From assembly GCA_018657065.1 (NCBI GenBank), contig JABHXU010000017.1, positions 43,067-107,066 on the forward strand: 64,000 nucleotides of DNA, in the 5' to 3' direction. The notes beneath the pieces are model-generated. The model was not told the origin of the DNA, searched no databases, and was given only the letters and a program-made list of their open reading frames with translations. Below are positions 49,552 through 59,836 of the stretch, piece after piece. A program made the translations under genes and the position numbers. Source of the DNA: an archaeon (GTDB taxonomy: Archaea > Nanobdellota > Nanobdellia > Woesearchaeales > GW2011-AR15). Position 1 is the first letter of the stretch. Every line of letters begins with the position of its first letter.

Positions 49552-49860
49552 TGTATAACTCCCTAAATAATTATACTTAAAAGTTTAGACTACAAGTTTA
49601 TATTTTTTACTAATAAATTTGTTATTGGCTGGTAAGTACAAATTTAAATTTAATTGAAAAATATGAATATTATTTATCCTATTTTGATATTTATTTATCC
49701 GAGTATAAGATTTTTGTTTCAATGCACGATTTTTACATGATTTTTTTATAATTTTTTAATACATTTTGAATGTAAAACCTATTAAAATAGATTTATTTTC
49801 AGTTATTTAACCTTTTTTTATCCTAAATAGTGATAAGTTTATCCGATTTGTATCATAAAG

Positions 49861-50391
49861 TTAATATAAACTCTTTTTCGGATTAAAATTAAGAAAGGGG
49901 TGAATAAAATAAAGATTATTAGCTTTTACAAATTCATAAGTTGTTATTGCTAAGCATTCAGTTACTTTTCCACCAACTTCACGTACTGTATTAACCGCAG
50001 CAACACTACTCCCACCAGTACTAATATGATCTTCAATAACTAAAACTTTTTGTCCATGTTTAAGCAATCCTTCAATTTGGTTTTGTCTACCATGTGATTT
50101 TACTTTCCCTCTGATGTATATCATTGGTTTGTCAAAATAAGCAGCTAACCACGCTGCCCAATGAATTCCTGCAGTTGCTACTCCTGCAACTACGTCAAAT
50201 TCTAAATTCTGTGATTTAATTATTTCAATAAATTGTTTAACAATTTTTTTACGTTCCTCTGGAAAAGAAATCACTAACCTATTATCAATGTAAATCGGAC
50301 TTATTAATCCTGAAGTAAAAGTAAATGGATTATTTGGTTGTATCTTAACAGCTTTTAAGGTTAGTAATATTTCAGCAATTTGTTGTTTCAT
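49861..50391 (-). CDS. pyrE: Orotate phosphoribosyltransferase
   Basis: PRPP-binding loop VLVIEDHISTGGS and type-I PRT fold; C-terminal 20 aa atypical. Confidence 0.8.
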   Translation of the reverse strand: MKQQIAEILLTLKAVKIQPNNPFTFTSGLISPIYIDNRLVISFPEERKKIVKQFIEIIKSQNLEFDVVAGVATAGIHWAAWLAAYFDKPMIYIRGKVKSHGRQNQIEGLLKHGQKVLVIEDHISTGGSSVAAVNTVREVGGKVTECLAITTYEFVKANNLYFIHPFLNFNPKKSLY

Positions 50392-50601
50392 AAGTTAATC
50401 ACCTAATTTAATTAAGAAAAAAAAATAATATATAATTATTGTTATTTGCACTAATCAGCAACTGCTTTTGAAATCAATAACCCTATTGCCGCAAGCAGTG
50501 AGGTATGTCGCACAAATCAAAAGTGTATCTATTAATAAAAATAAACTCTTTAACAAAGAAAAATTTAAATACTTTATTCAATAAAAATTAAAATAATAGA
50601 G

Positions 50602-51483
50602 GTGATTTTATTGAATAAAAAAATAATTGTTTTTCTAATGATATTAACTATTGTTTCGTCAATGGTATATGCATTTAATTTAAGAGATATTTTTACAAAA
50701 ACAAATAAAGAAGCTGTACAAAATGACAGAGATTCTTTTAAAGAAGCAACTACAAAAAGTAATTCAAGAGAAAAAACAGAGAATACAAATAGGGAAGTTA
50801 GTAAAGAAACTTCAAAAAGAATAATTGATAATGATGATGATAATAAAGAACAAAGTGCAACATCTAGAAATACTGAATATTTAGTTGAAACATATTCTAA
50901 ATTAGGAATGTCAAATCCTGAAAAATATGTTAGTGAAGTAGGAGAATTATATGCTAATGAAAATTTATATATGTTTCCTGAGGCTGAATATTCAAATGAA
51001 GAAGATACAGATTATAATTATGAAATACCTATGTCTTTTAGTGGGCATTTTATAATACCTAAAATAAAATTATTAGACTTTCAATTCTTAAGAAATGAAG
51101 AAGGTAAACGTGAATATAGGATTCATTTCATGTTACAATCTGATGGTGGATTCTATGATAACAGAGTTATGGACAATAATTATTTTGATGAATCTAATCA
51201 GATTCCTACTAGTCCAATGAATAGCTTTAGTGTTTATTTTGATGACAGGGAAGAAGCAATGATGCTTTATAATTATGTAATTGAAAGTTTAAAAAGTTAT
51301 CAAGGAAATAGTGATTTGGAAATTGACCCAGAAGACACTAAGATTAAATTCTCAACTAAAAATAAACCTTCAGTATCTGAATATGAAGATTTTAATGGTA
51401 AATTAAAAACAACAGCTTCAGCATGGGTTTATTTAACTAAAGACAGCTATGACACAATTATGTATGTTGTTGACCCAGAATAA
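50602..51483 (+). CDS. Secreted hypothetical protein
   Basis: Signal peptide MILLNKKIIVFLMILTIVSSMVYA; acidic, no domain. Confidence 0.45.
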   Translation: MILLNKKIIVFLMILTIVSSMVYAFNLRDIFTKTNKEAVQNDRDSFKEATTKSNSREKTENTNREVSKETSKRIIDNDDDNKEQSATSRNTEYLVETYSKLGMSNPEKYVSEVGELYANENLYMFPEAEYSNEEDTDYNYEIPMSFSGHFIIPKIKLLDFQFLRNEEGKREYRIHFMLQSDGGFYDNRVMDNNYFDESNQIPTSPMNSFSVYFDDREEAMMLYNYVIESLKSYQGNSDLEIDPEDTKIKFSTKNKPSVSEYEDFNGKLKTTASAWVYLTKDSYDTIMYVVDPE

Positions 51484-51492
51484 AATTATTTT

Positions 51493-52734
51493 TTATTTTT
51501 TTGTTCCATTAACAAATGTCATAACACCTTTTCCTTTTGTCTTAAAACCTTCAAAAGGCGTCCATTTAGATTTAGAAATCATTTTTTTTCCTTTAATAAT
51601 ACCTTCTTTTTCTAAATCAATTATTGTTAGATTTGCTTCAAACCCTTCTTTAATTTCTCCTTTATTTTTCAATCCAAAAATTTTAGCAGGATTAACACTC
51701 ATTAATTTTACAAATTGTTCTAATTTAATTTTCCCTTTATTAACAGAACTTAACATTAAAGGAACGCTCAATTCAACACTAGAAAATCCAGAAGGACATT
51801 TATTATATTCTTGTGATTTTTCTTCAAATGTATGAGGAGCATGATCACTACATATACAGTCAATATCTCCATTTATTAAAAATTCCCATAATGCTTTTCT
51901 ATCTTCTTTAGATTTTAAACTTGGATTAACTTTTGCTTTGTTACCTATTTTATTATACATTGAATTATCTAAAAATAAATAATGAGGACAAGAATCACAC
52001 GTTATTTTTAATCCTTTATTTTTTGCTTGTTTAATAAGTAGCATTGATTCTTTTGTACTAACATGAGTAATATGAAGCCTATTACCATATTTTTCAGCTA
52101 ATTCTATAAGAAAATTAACAGCTGTGTATTCAGCTTTATTATCTCTAATTAAAGAATGAAAATTGATTTCATCAATTGAATAATTTTTTTTATTTAATTT
52201 AATAATATCATTTTCTTCAGCATGAGCTACTATTAAAATATCTTTATTTAAATTTTTGAAAATTTTTTCAACTTTACCTGGATTAATTTCACCAGTAGTT
52301 TCACCATAATATAATTTAACATATTTCAAATCAGTTTTATTAATTTCTTCAATGTTATGTTCAGTAATTGCAATATACAATCCAAAATTAATTAATGATT
52401 TTTCACTAACTAATTTTTCTTTAAGTTTTAATTTTTCAATTGTTGTTATTGGTTCATTATTATTAGGCATATCAAGAACAGTTGTAATCCCTCCAGATAA
52501 CGCAGCTTTACTTCCACTTATCCAATCTTCTTTTTCTTCTTGACCAAAATCTCTAAAGTGAACATGGATATCTATCAACCCTGGAAGAATGTGTTTATTT
52601 GAACAATCAATTATATTTTCAGCGTTATTTAATTCATTATCAATCTTAGAAATCATATTATTTTCAATTAAAATACTAGTTTCTACAAATTTATTATCAA
52701 GAAAAACTTTTCCTCTTTTAAGCAGTAAACTCAT
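51493..52734 (-). CDS. pyrC: Dihydroorotase (amidohydrolase superfamily)
   Basis: PGLIDIHVHFRDFGQ...DWISGSKAALSGGITTVLDMPNN, later HxH/ D metal ligands. Confidence 0.8.
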   Translation of the reverse strand: MSLLLKRGKVFLDNKFVETSILIENNMISKIDNELNNAENIIDCSNKHILPGLIDIHVHFRDFGQEEKEDWISGSKAALSGGITTVLDMPNNNEPITTIEKLKLKEKLVSEKSLINFGLYIAITEHNIEEINKTDLKYVKLYYGETTGEINPGKVEKIFKNLNKDILIVAHAEENDIIKLNKKNYSIDEINFHSLIRDNKAEYTAVNFLIELAEKYGNRLHITHVSTKESMLLIKQAKNKGLKITCDSCPHYLFLDNSMYNKIGNKAKVNPSLKSKEDRKALWEFLINGDIDCICSDHAPHTFEEKSQEYNKCPSGFSSVELSVPLMLSSVNKGKIKLEQFVKLMSVNPAKIFGLKNKGEIKEGFEANLTIIDLEKEGIIKGKKMISKSKWTPFEGFKTKGKGVMTFVNGTKK

Positions 52735-52737
52735 TTT

Positions 52738-53121
52738 TTAATAATAATTTTTCTTCCCAGAACCATCTCTATGATATTTACCAAATTCTGTTACTTTTTT
52801 AGCAGTTTCTTTATCAATGCACGGTCCTTCAACACACATTCTTATACCCATTGGATCAACGCAACAACTTCCACATATTCCATAACCACATTTCATGTAT
52901 CTTTCTAAAGATAATTGACAATCCACTTTAAATTCATCACAAATTTCAACAACTTTTTTCATCATTATTTCAGGACCAACTGTATAAACTATATCTATAT
53001 TACTATTGTTTAGAACTTCTTTAAGTTTATTGGTTGTAAATCCACTAAATTCAAATGAGCCGTCATCAGTACAATAATGTCTTTTAATTGAATCATGATA
53101 TTCTTTATCCATATATAACAA
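52738..53121 (-). pseudogene. pyrK: Truncated dihydroorotate dehydrogenase electron-transfer subunit (PyrK C-terminal about half only)
   Basis: Retains ...GAKTKELLLYMDKEY...TDDGSFEFSGF and the FeS-binding CGYGICGSCCVDPMG...C..GP tail. The FAD/NAD N-terminal roughly 130 aa are absent (an in-frame stop lies 30 codons upstream). No pyrD nearby. Confidence 0.55.
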
Positions 53122-53234
53122 TAATTCTTTAGTTTTTGCACCAATAATTAACTCAGATTTTATTATGCTTATCTTTAATTATACTATACGCTGCAGTAGG
53201 AATACAAAATGCAAAAAAAGATAATGATTATAAA

Positions 53235-53945
53235 TTGCCTAAATATACAGATAATGTTGTGATAATTTTAGTTTTTATCTCTATTTTAATTTCATTGAAA
53301 CACTGGATATTGTTTTTAACTACATTTGGGATATTAGTTTTAGGACTAATATATAATTTTATATCTAGGTATTTTTTGTTTATGGACGTGACTGTTGTGA
53401 CAGCAACACACCATGCAATTCCAATGTTTAGTACAGCATTACTACTAAAACTTAGTTTTATTGAATCAATTAAAATTAGTATATTTGTTTATATTGTATA
53501 TTGGTTGTTTGTTCATATAAAGAATTTAAAAGGTATTGGAGAAGATAAGCAGAGAAATTACAAAACAATTGGTACTGTTTTTAATGCTCCAAAAAAAATA
53601 GGATTAATTTTTTTTGAGCTTTCTTTTATTTTGATGTTTATGGGTTATTTTCTTTTTAATTTTAAAATAAGTTATTTATTTTTTATTGTAGTCCTATATA
53701 TTCTTAAAACAATTATTACTCAAAATATAATTCTAGGAAACTGCGAAAAAGCTCTTAATTTTCTAAGATTTATGAGTGTTTTTTTTGTTTATTCAATTGT
53801 ATTACAATTTAATTTATCAACATACACATTTTTGTTTTGTTCAATTCCAATAGTTTCTTCAATGGTTGTTACATCAAAAGAACTTGATTTCAAATTTATT
53901 TCAAATATTAAATTTTGGACTGAGCAAAGTAGCTATCAAAAATGA
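53235..53945 (+). CDS. Polytopic membrane protein (possibly prenyltransferase-like; unverified)
   Basis: 7-8 TM helices. Stop overlaps the start of the downstream FAD oxidoreductase (ATGA). Confidence 0.4.
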   Translation: MPKYTDNVVIILVFISILISLKHWILFLTTFGILVLGLIYNFISRYFLFMDVTVVTATHHAIPMFSTALLLKLSFIESIKISIFVYIVYWLFVHIKNLKGIGEDKQRNYKTIGTVFNAPKKIGLIFFELSFILMFMGYFLFNFKISYLFFIVVLYILKTIITQNIILGNCEKALNFLRFMSVFFVYSIVLQFNLSTYTFLFCSIPIVSSMVVTSKELDFKFISNIKFWTEQSSYQK

Positions 53946-55093
53946 AATATTACGATGTGATTATACTTGGATCTGGAATAGCAGGTTCAAGCCTAGCATA
54001 TCATCTTAAAAAAAATGATTATAAAGGGGAAATATTGGTTTTAAGTAGTAAAATAAGAGCTAATTTAGGTTATAACCATAGATTAGTTTTTAAAAAAGAT
54101 ATTGATGAATACAATTTACCAGTTGCAAAAAAATACAAAAAAGTAAGTGTAGGAGCTTATGACAAATCATATTTTACTTTGAATCACGATGTTTATTTTA
54201 TTAATTATAGTGAAACTTGTGATTTTTTATTAACTAAAAGTGGTGTTGAACAAAAAAATGAAATTGCATTAGATATGACAAATAATATTTTAAAAACTAA
54301 TAAAACAAATTACAAATTCAAATATTTGATTGATTGTACAGGGTCAGCTTTTTTTTTAAGAAAAAAATTAAATTTTACACTTCCTCATATTTACTGGCTT
54401 GTTAAAACTTCGATTTATAAAAATTCAAATGAATTTGATAAGGACACATTTTATTTTTCTTTTTCCAATGAAGAATATTTTGAAGATGTATATCCAATAG
54501 GAGATAAAATTGCATATGGCGAATGGGTGTATACTAAAAGTACAAATTACAATAACATAATTCCTAATAAAAAGAATTTTTTTAAAAATAAGGCAAATAA
54601 ACTCCAACCTTTAGAAGTGAAATATGCAACTTTTCCTGTAGCATTATCTCTTCCCTTAATACATAAAAATTTTGCATTCTTAGGAGATAGTTTTGGAAAT
54701 GGACTTCCGTCAGTAGGTAGAGGAATAACCGTAATTTTAGATTCTGCAAAAATTCTTTCAAAAGCAATTAAAAAACGAGATTTAAATTATTATGATAAAA
54801 TGTGGAAACAAAAATATTTAGAAAAATATATTAAAATTATTTCATTAAAAGAAAATACTCATTTTAATAATATGTTTATTAAAAAAATAAAGAATTATCC
54901 CGGAATTAAAAAAATACTATCTGAAGTTAAAAAAAAACCAGAACATTTTATTAACATGATTACTGATAAAGGTGATCCTAATTTCACAAAAGATTTACAA
55001 AAAATATTTCCAAAAAGAGTGGTTCTTTGGCAAGCATATCACTATTTTAAAACAAAAGTAAGGTATTTTTTCATGGACAAAAAGAGAGTGTAG
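53942..55093 (+). CDS. FAD-dependent oxidoreductase, geranylgeranyl-reductase/lycopene-cyclase-like
   Basis: N-terminal dinucleotide fold YDVIILGSGIAGSSLAYHL and FLGDSFGNGLPSVGRGI (GDAAG..P..G.GI-like). Confidence 0.55.
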   Translation: MKYYDVIILGSGIAGSSLAYHLKKNDYKGEILVLSSKIRANLGYNHRLVFKKDIDEYNLPVAKKYKKVSVGAYDKSYFTLNHDVYFINYSETCDFLLTKSGVEQKNEIALDMTNNILKTNKTNYKFKYLIDCTGSAFFLRKKLNFTLPHIYWLVKTSIYKNSNEFDKDTFYFSFSNEEYFEDVYPIGDKIAYGEWVYTKSTNYNNIIPNKKNFFKNKANKLQPLEVKYATFPVALSLPLIHKNFAFLGDSFGNGLPSVGRGITVILDSAKILSKAIKKRDLNYYDKMWKQKYLEKYIKIISLKENTHFNNMFIKKIKNYPGIKKILSEVKKKPEHFINMITDKGDPNFTKDLQKIFPKRVVLWQAYHYFKTKVRYFFMDKKRV

Positions 55094-56153
55094 CGGAATT
55101 AGTATTATATCTTTTAATGTTTTCAAATTTTATTTTTTTTGCATAAATACAATCTAGAAATCCTAATATATGAGAAATAAAATAATTTTCACTTTGTTTT
55201 GAAAAAGGAATTTCATCAACATTAATAATTAATTTTTTTCCTTTGGTTATATCTACGTGGCCCCATCCAAAGGCACTATATATGTGTTGTAATTTTTGGA
55301 GACTTTGATTGTTATTTTGATTATTAAATAATGTTTTTCCAATTTTATTTGTTGAATTTCTAATAGCTAAATTCAATTCATTTTCTAAATTATTATCTTG
55401 ATATTTTTTTATTATTAAATCTAGGAATCTTGGGGAAGTTGGAAGAATTAAAAAATTTTCAAAAAAGTTTTTTCCATCTTCATTAATTTTAATTTTTTTA
55501 AACTTAACAAAATCTTGAAATGAAAATCCTTTTGTTGGAGTTTTTTGTTTAAGTTCATATGTTTCTACGTTGTTTAATATTTTTTGTGGAATATATTTTT
55601 CTTTAATTTTAGGGGAGAGAAATATCTTACAATTATCGGGACAATTTTTACATAACGCATTTGCTTCAATATTTTCTTCCATAAAAAAACTAAATATTCC
55701 GCTCATTAGACCGGCAGTCATTGATGCATCAGCGGTTTTTCTACAATAGGCATTACTTTTGCCTGAAAGCATAAGAGTTTTGTTTTTCATATCAAATTTA
55801 AAAGTATTTAAGCCAGACCCACCTGACACTTGGAGATTTTTAATTATATATTCTAAAATGTTAGGAATAAGTGATTTAGGGATTTTTTTATTTTTTGAAA
55901 AAGAGAAATACATTGTTCCAACATCTTTGCCAATTTCATACCACAATTTACTTGTTTTTTTTTTGCCAATTTTTTTAGTTGTAGTTTTATAAATTTCAAT
56001 TATTATATTTTCAAAATCAAAGATAATTCTTTTTAGACTACTATGTTTACTATATTTTCTTGTTGTTTTACTTAAAATAATACCTGGAGTTTCTATTAGT
56101 GCAACTTTAGGAAAAAATAATTTATTAAGAAAATAGTCTTTTATTTTTTTCAT
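55071..56153 (-). CDS. Hypothetical Cys-containing protein (weak resemblance to V4R-type ligand-binding modules; uncertain)
   Basis: 360 aa. Cys cluster ...AYCRKTADASMTAGLMSGIFSFFMEE...CKNCPDNC. Immediately upstream of the KaiC-like ATPase on the same strand (3-nt gap). Confidence 0.35.
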   Translation of the reverse strand: MKKIKDYFLNKLFFPKVALIETPGIILSKTTRKYSKHSSLKRIIFDFENIIIEIYKTTTKKIGKKKTSKLWYEIGKDVGTMYFSFSKNKKIPKSLIPNILEYIIKNLQVSGGSGLNTFKFDMKNKTLMLSGKSNAYCRKTADASMTAGLMSGIFSFFMEENIEANALCKNCPDNCKIFLSPKIKEKYIPQKILNNVETYELKQKTPTKGFSFQDFVKFKKIKINEDGKNFFENFLILPTSPRFLDLIIKKYQDNNLENELNLAIRNSTNKIGKTLFNNQNNNQSLQKLQHIYSAFGWGHVDITKGKKLIINVDEIPFSKQSENYFISHILGFLDCIYAKKIKFENIKRYNTNSATLSFCP

Positions 56154-56155
56154 AA

Positions 56156-56851
56156 TTAATCATCATCTTCAATTAAAATTCCTTTTTTAGAAATTTTTAA
56201 CATTAATGATGAATCAAATTGTTTTGTCCAACGCATTTTTGGAACAAAAGCTCTTCTTTCAATATTTCCGAGTGAAATGTAATCTAAATGAATTAAACCA
56301 TCAACCATATAACTAACATAATGATTCAATTGTGAATTATGGGAACTACCATTTTCTAAAAGTAGAAGTGTGGTCATGTCTTTTTTTCTAAATGAATAAA
56401 AGGATTGAGACAATATTTTTCTAATTTCATAATTTACTTTTTCAGATTTATCAAAATTCAAATAAGAAAAAAAGCAATTGAAGCTATCAACAACAAGTCT
56501 TTTAATTTTTTTATCTTTTGAAATTTTTTCTAGTAGAGTTGGATAAACTTTTTCAAATTCACTGAAATTTAAACAAATTATTTTGATTAATCCTTTTTCT
56601 TCGAAATCAAAAAATTCTTTTCCAAATGACATAGAATCAAGAGTTCTATCAATATTTGTTCTAGGTTCTTCTAAATTAATATAAACACTTTTTTCATTAT
56701 TTTTTGCTCCTTGTAATAAAAATTGCATAGCAAAAATTGATTTACCTACACCTGCTGGACCTTTTAATCCAATAATACTTTGTGTTGGTAATCCTCCCTG
56801 GACCATGTTGTCAAAACCATTGATTCCAGAAGGTATTCGCTTAATTTTCAT
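56156..56851 (-). CDS. KaiC/RadA-like RecA-superfamily ATPase
   Basis: GFDNMVQGGLPTQSIIGLKGPAGVGKSIFAMQFLLQG (Walker A) ...LVVDSF (Walker B-like). Confidence 0.65.
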   Translation of the reverse strand: MKIKRIPSGINGFDNMVQGGLPTQSIIGLKGPAGVGKSIFAMQFLLQGAKNNEKSVYINLEEPRTNIDRTLDSMSFGKEFFDFEEKGLIKIICLNFSEFEKVYPTLLEKISKDKKIKRLVVDSFNCFFSYLNFDKSEKVNYEIRKILSQSFYSFRKKDMTTLLLLENGSSHNSQLNHYVSYMVDGLIHLDYISLGNIERRAFVPKMRWTKQFDSSLMLKISKKGILIEDDD

Positions 56852-56888
56852 GGTATTTTTAAAATTAATTATATTAATAAATCTTTAC

Positions 56889-57191
56889 TTATATTTTAAT
56901 TTTATCAACATAAAAAATATAGACAGATTTTGCACTAGTATCGATTTTTTGACATGTGACTTCTTTACTTTTTTTAATATCTTCGCGAAATTCTCTAGGT
57001 ATTAAAAAATATTTTGTTGCATCATTTTTTCCTCTAAGTGAGATTCGTGATTTTGTTTCAGCTGCTTTTTCACTAATAACATGAATACCATCTAAATTTC
57101 CTTTAAGTTGGAGCGCTTCATCTCTATCAATAACTACTTCGTATGTAATTTTACCATCTTCCTGAACTTTTGAACTTAATATTGATCCCAT
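56889..57191 (-). CDS. Hypothetical protein (100 aa)
   Basis: ORF with reasonable codon usage; no domain. Confidence 0.35.
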   Translation of the reverse strand: MGSILSSKVQEDGKITYEVVIDRDEALQLKGNLDGIHVISEKAAETKSRISLRGKNDATKYFLIPREFREDIKKSKEVTCQKIDTSAKSVYIFYVDKIKI

Positions 57192-57400
57192 CTAATCACC
57201 ATTTTTTATTTAGAATTCTATTATTTATATATTTTATGCGAAAAGGGATAAAAAATGTTAAAATATACCCTTTTTTTACAAAAATTATCCGATATAATGA
57301 TATATATTAGAATATCTGGGATAAATCTTTGATGATCAAATAAATTATGGCAAAATATATAAACTTTTGAGATCTTAAACATTTTAAAGAGGGGAAATTA

Positions 57401-58063
57401 ATGAAGAGTTTTCTAAGAACAGTAGATCCAACAGTATTTATTTCTCTGAAGAGTAAAAATATCACTTCATTAAATGATTTAAGTGGAAAAACTATTGCCA
57501 GTATTGGAGCTCAAAAAACAATAATGAAAATTATATTACAAAAAAATGGTTTCAATCATAGAAATTCTGAATTTATTCCAAAAAAATATGGAATCAACTC
57601 TCTATATGATGAAAATGTAGACCTTTTATGAGGAGTATCCATTAATGAATTAATTGAAATTCAATCTAACAATTTAGATGTTAACATTTTATATCCAAAG
57701 GATTATGGATTTGAGTCACAATATAATGTGATATTTACAACAAAAGAGTTAGTGAAAAAGAATCCAGAATTAGTTTTTTCCTTTGTTCAAGCAACACTAA
57801 AAGGATGGCAATATGTGTTAGATAATCCAACTAAGTCACAAAATTTTGTTTTTGAGTATGATTCAGGTTTAAATGTTAGGCATCAAGAATTTATGTTTAT
57901 TGAATCTTTAAATTATATTAATCCTGAAAAATCAGTAGAATTAGGAACAATGACTAAAGAAAAATGGCAAAAATTGTACAATGAGTTAGAATCAATCAAT
58001 GAAATTGAACAATCATTTAATGTTGAAGAAATGTTCACAAATGAATTTATAATAAAAGAATAA
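57401..58063 (+). pseudogene. NMT1/SsuA-like ABC substrate-binding protein remnant, N-terminally truncated and interrupted by an in-frame TGA (57629-57631)
   Basis: Track ORFs 57401-57631 and 57728-58063 are in the same frame, separated only by the TGA. ...SLYDENVDLL*GVSINE... TGG (Trp) is likely at that position in the family. Confidence 0.5.
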
Positions 58064-58069
58064 GAAAAC

Positions 58070-59836
58070 ATGGCTAAAAGAATATTAAGCAACATCAGTA
58101 TTTCAAAAAAATTGATTTTGATATTCTTAGCTATAGTCTTGTTTTCAACATCAATTAGTGGATATTTGGGTTATTTAAATAGTAAAAAAATAGTGGAAGA
58201 AAGAATTCAAGATCAATTGCTTAGTGTTTTAGTTTTAAAAGAAAATAGTATGGAAAATTTTTTTAAATTATTAAGAGAAGACATTGAAAATTTTGCAGGA
58301 AATAAGGAAATTAAAGCTTATTTTGAAGAATTTCACTTTTCAACTAATAAGGTTAATCCAGAATTGGAAGAGTTAAAAGAAGAAGAAATTGAATTATATT
58401 TTCGAGAAGAACTAATCCATCATGCACATTTTTTAGAGATATTTTTATTAGATGTAAATGGGAAAATTGATATTTCAACAGAAGCAAATCAAAAAGGAAA
58501 AATAAAAAGTTCAGATGATATTTTTTTGAAAGGAAAAGAAAGAACATATATAAAAAATATATATTACTCAGTTTCCAGGCAAGAACCAACATTAACAATT
58601 TCAACTCCAGTCTTAGCAGAAAATAATAAAGTTTTAGGAGTTCTTGTTGGAAGGGTGAATTTAAATGAACTATCAGCTATTTTAGAAGAAAATTCCGGAT
58701 TAGGTAAAACAGGTGAAACCTATCTGGTGAATAAATTTAATTATGCAACAACAAATTTATTAGAAAATAGCGATAAAACATTGAAAACAATTATTACAAC
58801 GGATGCAGTCCAACATTGTTTAAATCGTGAGAATGCAAATTTGCATGATTCACCTTATTTTATGTCTGGTTATAAAAATTACAATAATGATCCAGTTATA
58901 GGAAGTCACAGATGGATCGATAATAGAGAAGTATGCATAATAACTGAAATTAATCAAGCTGAGGCTTTTACTCCAATTTATAGATTAAGAAAAATTGTTA
59001 TTTATATCTCTTTTATTTTAACATTTGTTACATTTATTATCGCAATAATATTTTCTCGAACAATTAGAGATCCAATTCAAAAATTGCAAAAATCAGCTGA
59101 AAAAATTGCAACTGGAGATTTGGATTCTTCGATTTTAATTGAATCAAATGATGAGATTTGGTATTTAGCAAAAACATTGGATGATATGAGAATTAAATTA
59201 AAAGAAACATTGGATGAAATTAGAAAACATCAAAATGAACTTCACACAGTTGTAAATGAAAAAACTGAAGATTTAAATAAAAAACTTCAGGAACTTGAAG
59301 ATACAAAATTAGCAATTATTAATATTTTAGAAGACACTGATTATGCTAACAAAGATCTTATGAATACAAGAGACGCTTTAAAAAATAATATTAAAGAATT
59401 AAAAGCAATGGATAAAACTAAAGATGAATTTTTATCTATTACTGCTCATGAACTTAAGACTCCATTGACAAGTATTAAAGGTTTTATCGGATTATTAAAA
59501 AACGAAAAAGTTATGCAAAATATGGTCCAACGAAATAAATATTTTGATATTATTATTGAGGATACAAAAAGACTTGGGCAATATTCAGCAAAAAACCAAT
59601 TATTATATGATGAAACAATAAGTAAAGTAGTTGATGTAAATCCATCAGATACTGCTTCAGCAATATTAAGATATAATACCTTTTCTGAAGAATTTGAAGT
59701 CACAGTTCATTGGCCAGGATTTGGATGGTTCCCTAGTTTTAATAATCAAGATTTTCTTTATTTAAAATCTTTTGAAGGATATTATTTTGATCAAACAGGA
59801 GGTGCGAATTGGACACATGATCCAGAAAAAAATTAA
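58070..59836 (+). CDS. Sensor histidine kinase-like protein: TM, Cache-like extracellular domain, HAMP, HisKA; no recognisable HATPase_c
   Basis: H-box LSITAHELKTPLTSIKGFIGLL. HAMP ...IRDPIQKLQKSAEKIATGDLD.... The C-terminal 130 aa lack N/G1/G2 boxes. Confidence 0.6.
   Translation: MAKRILSNISISKKLILIFLAIVLFSTSISGYLGYLNSKKIVEERIQDQLLSVLVLKENSMENFFKLLREDIENFAGNKEIKAYFEEFHFSTNKVNPELEELKEEEIELYFREELIHHAHFLEIFLLDVNGKIDISTEANQKGKIKSSDDIFLKGKERTYIKNIYYSVSRQEPTLTISTPVLAENNKVLGVLVGRVNLNELSAILEENSGLGKTGETYLVNKFNYATTNLLENSDKTLKTIITTDAVQHCLNRENANLHDSPYFMSGYKNYNNDPVIGSHRWIDNREVCIITEINQAEAFTPIYRLRKIVIYISFILTFVTFIIAIIFSRTIRDPIQKLQKSAEKIATGDLDSSILIESNDEIWYLAKTLDDMRIKLKETLDEIRKHQNELHTVVNEKTEDLNKKLQELEDTKLAIINILEDTDYANKDLMNTRDALKNNIKELKAMDKTKDEFLSITAHELKTPLTSIKGFIGLLKNEKVMQNMVQRNKYFDIIIEDTKRLGQYSAKNQLLYDETISKVVDVNPSDTASAILRYNTFSEEFEVTVHWPGFGWFPSFNNQDFLYLKSFEGYYFDQTGGANWTHDPEKN

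Noticed and set aside
50400-50600. Intergenic stretch upstream of pyrE with a 7-bp stem (ACTGCTT...AAGCAGT), considered as an ncRNA
   Set aside because: A single weak hairpin in a promoter region; no conserved RNA features could be supported by eye.
57629-57631. Possible TGA-as-sense recoding (alternative genetic code)
   Set aside because: TGA clearly terminates many well-supported genes in this window, including all the ATGA overlaps, so a point-mutated pseudogene is the simpler reading.
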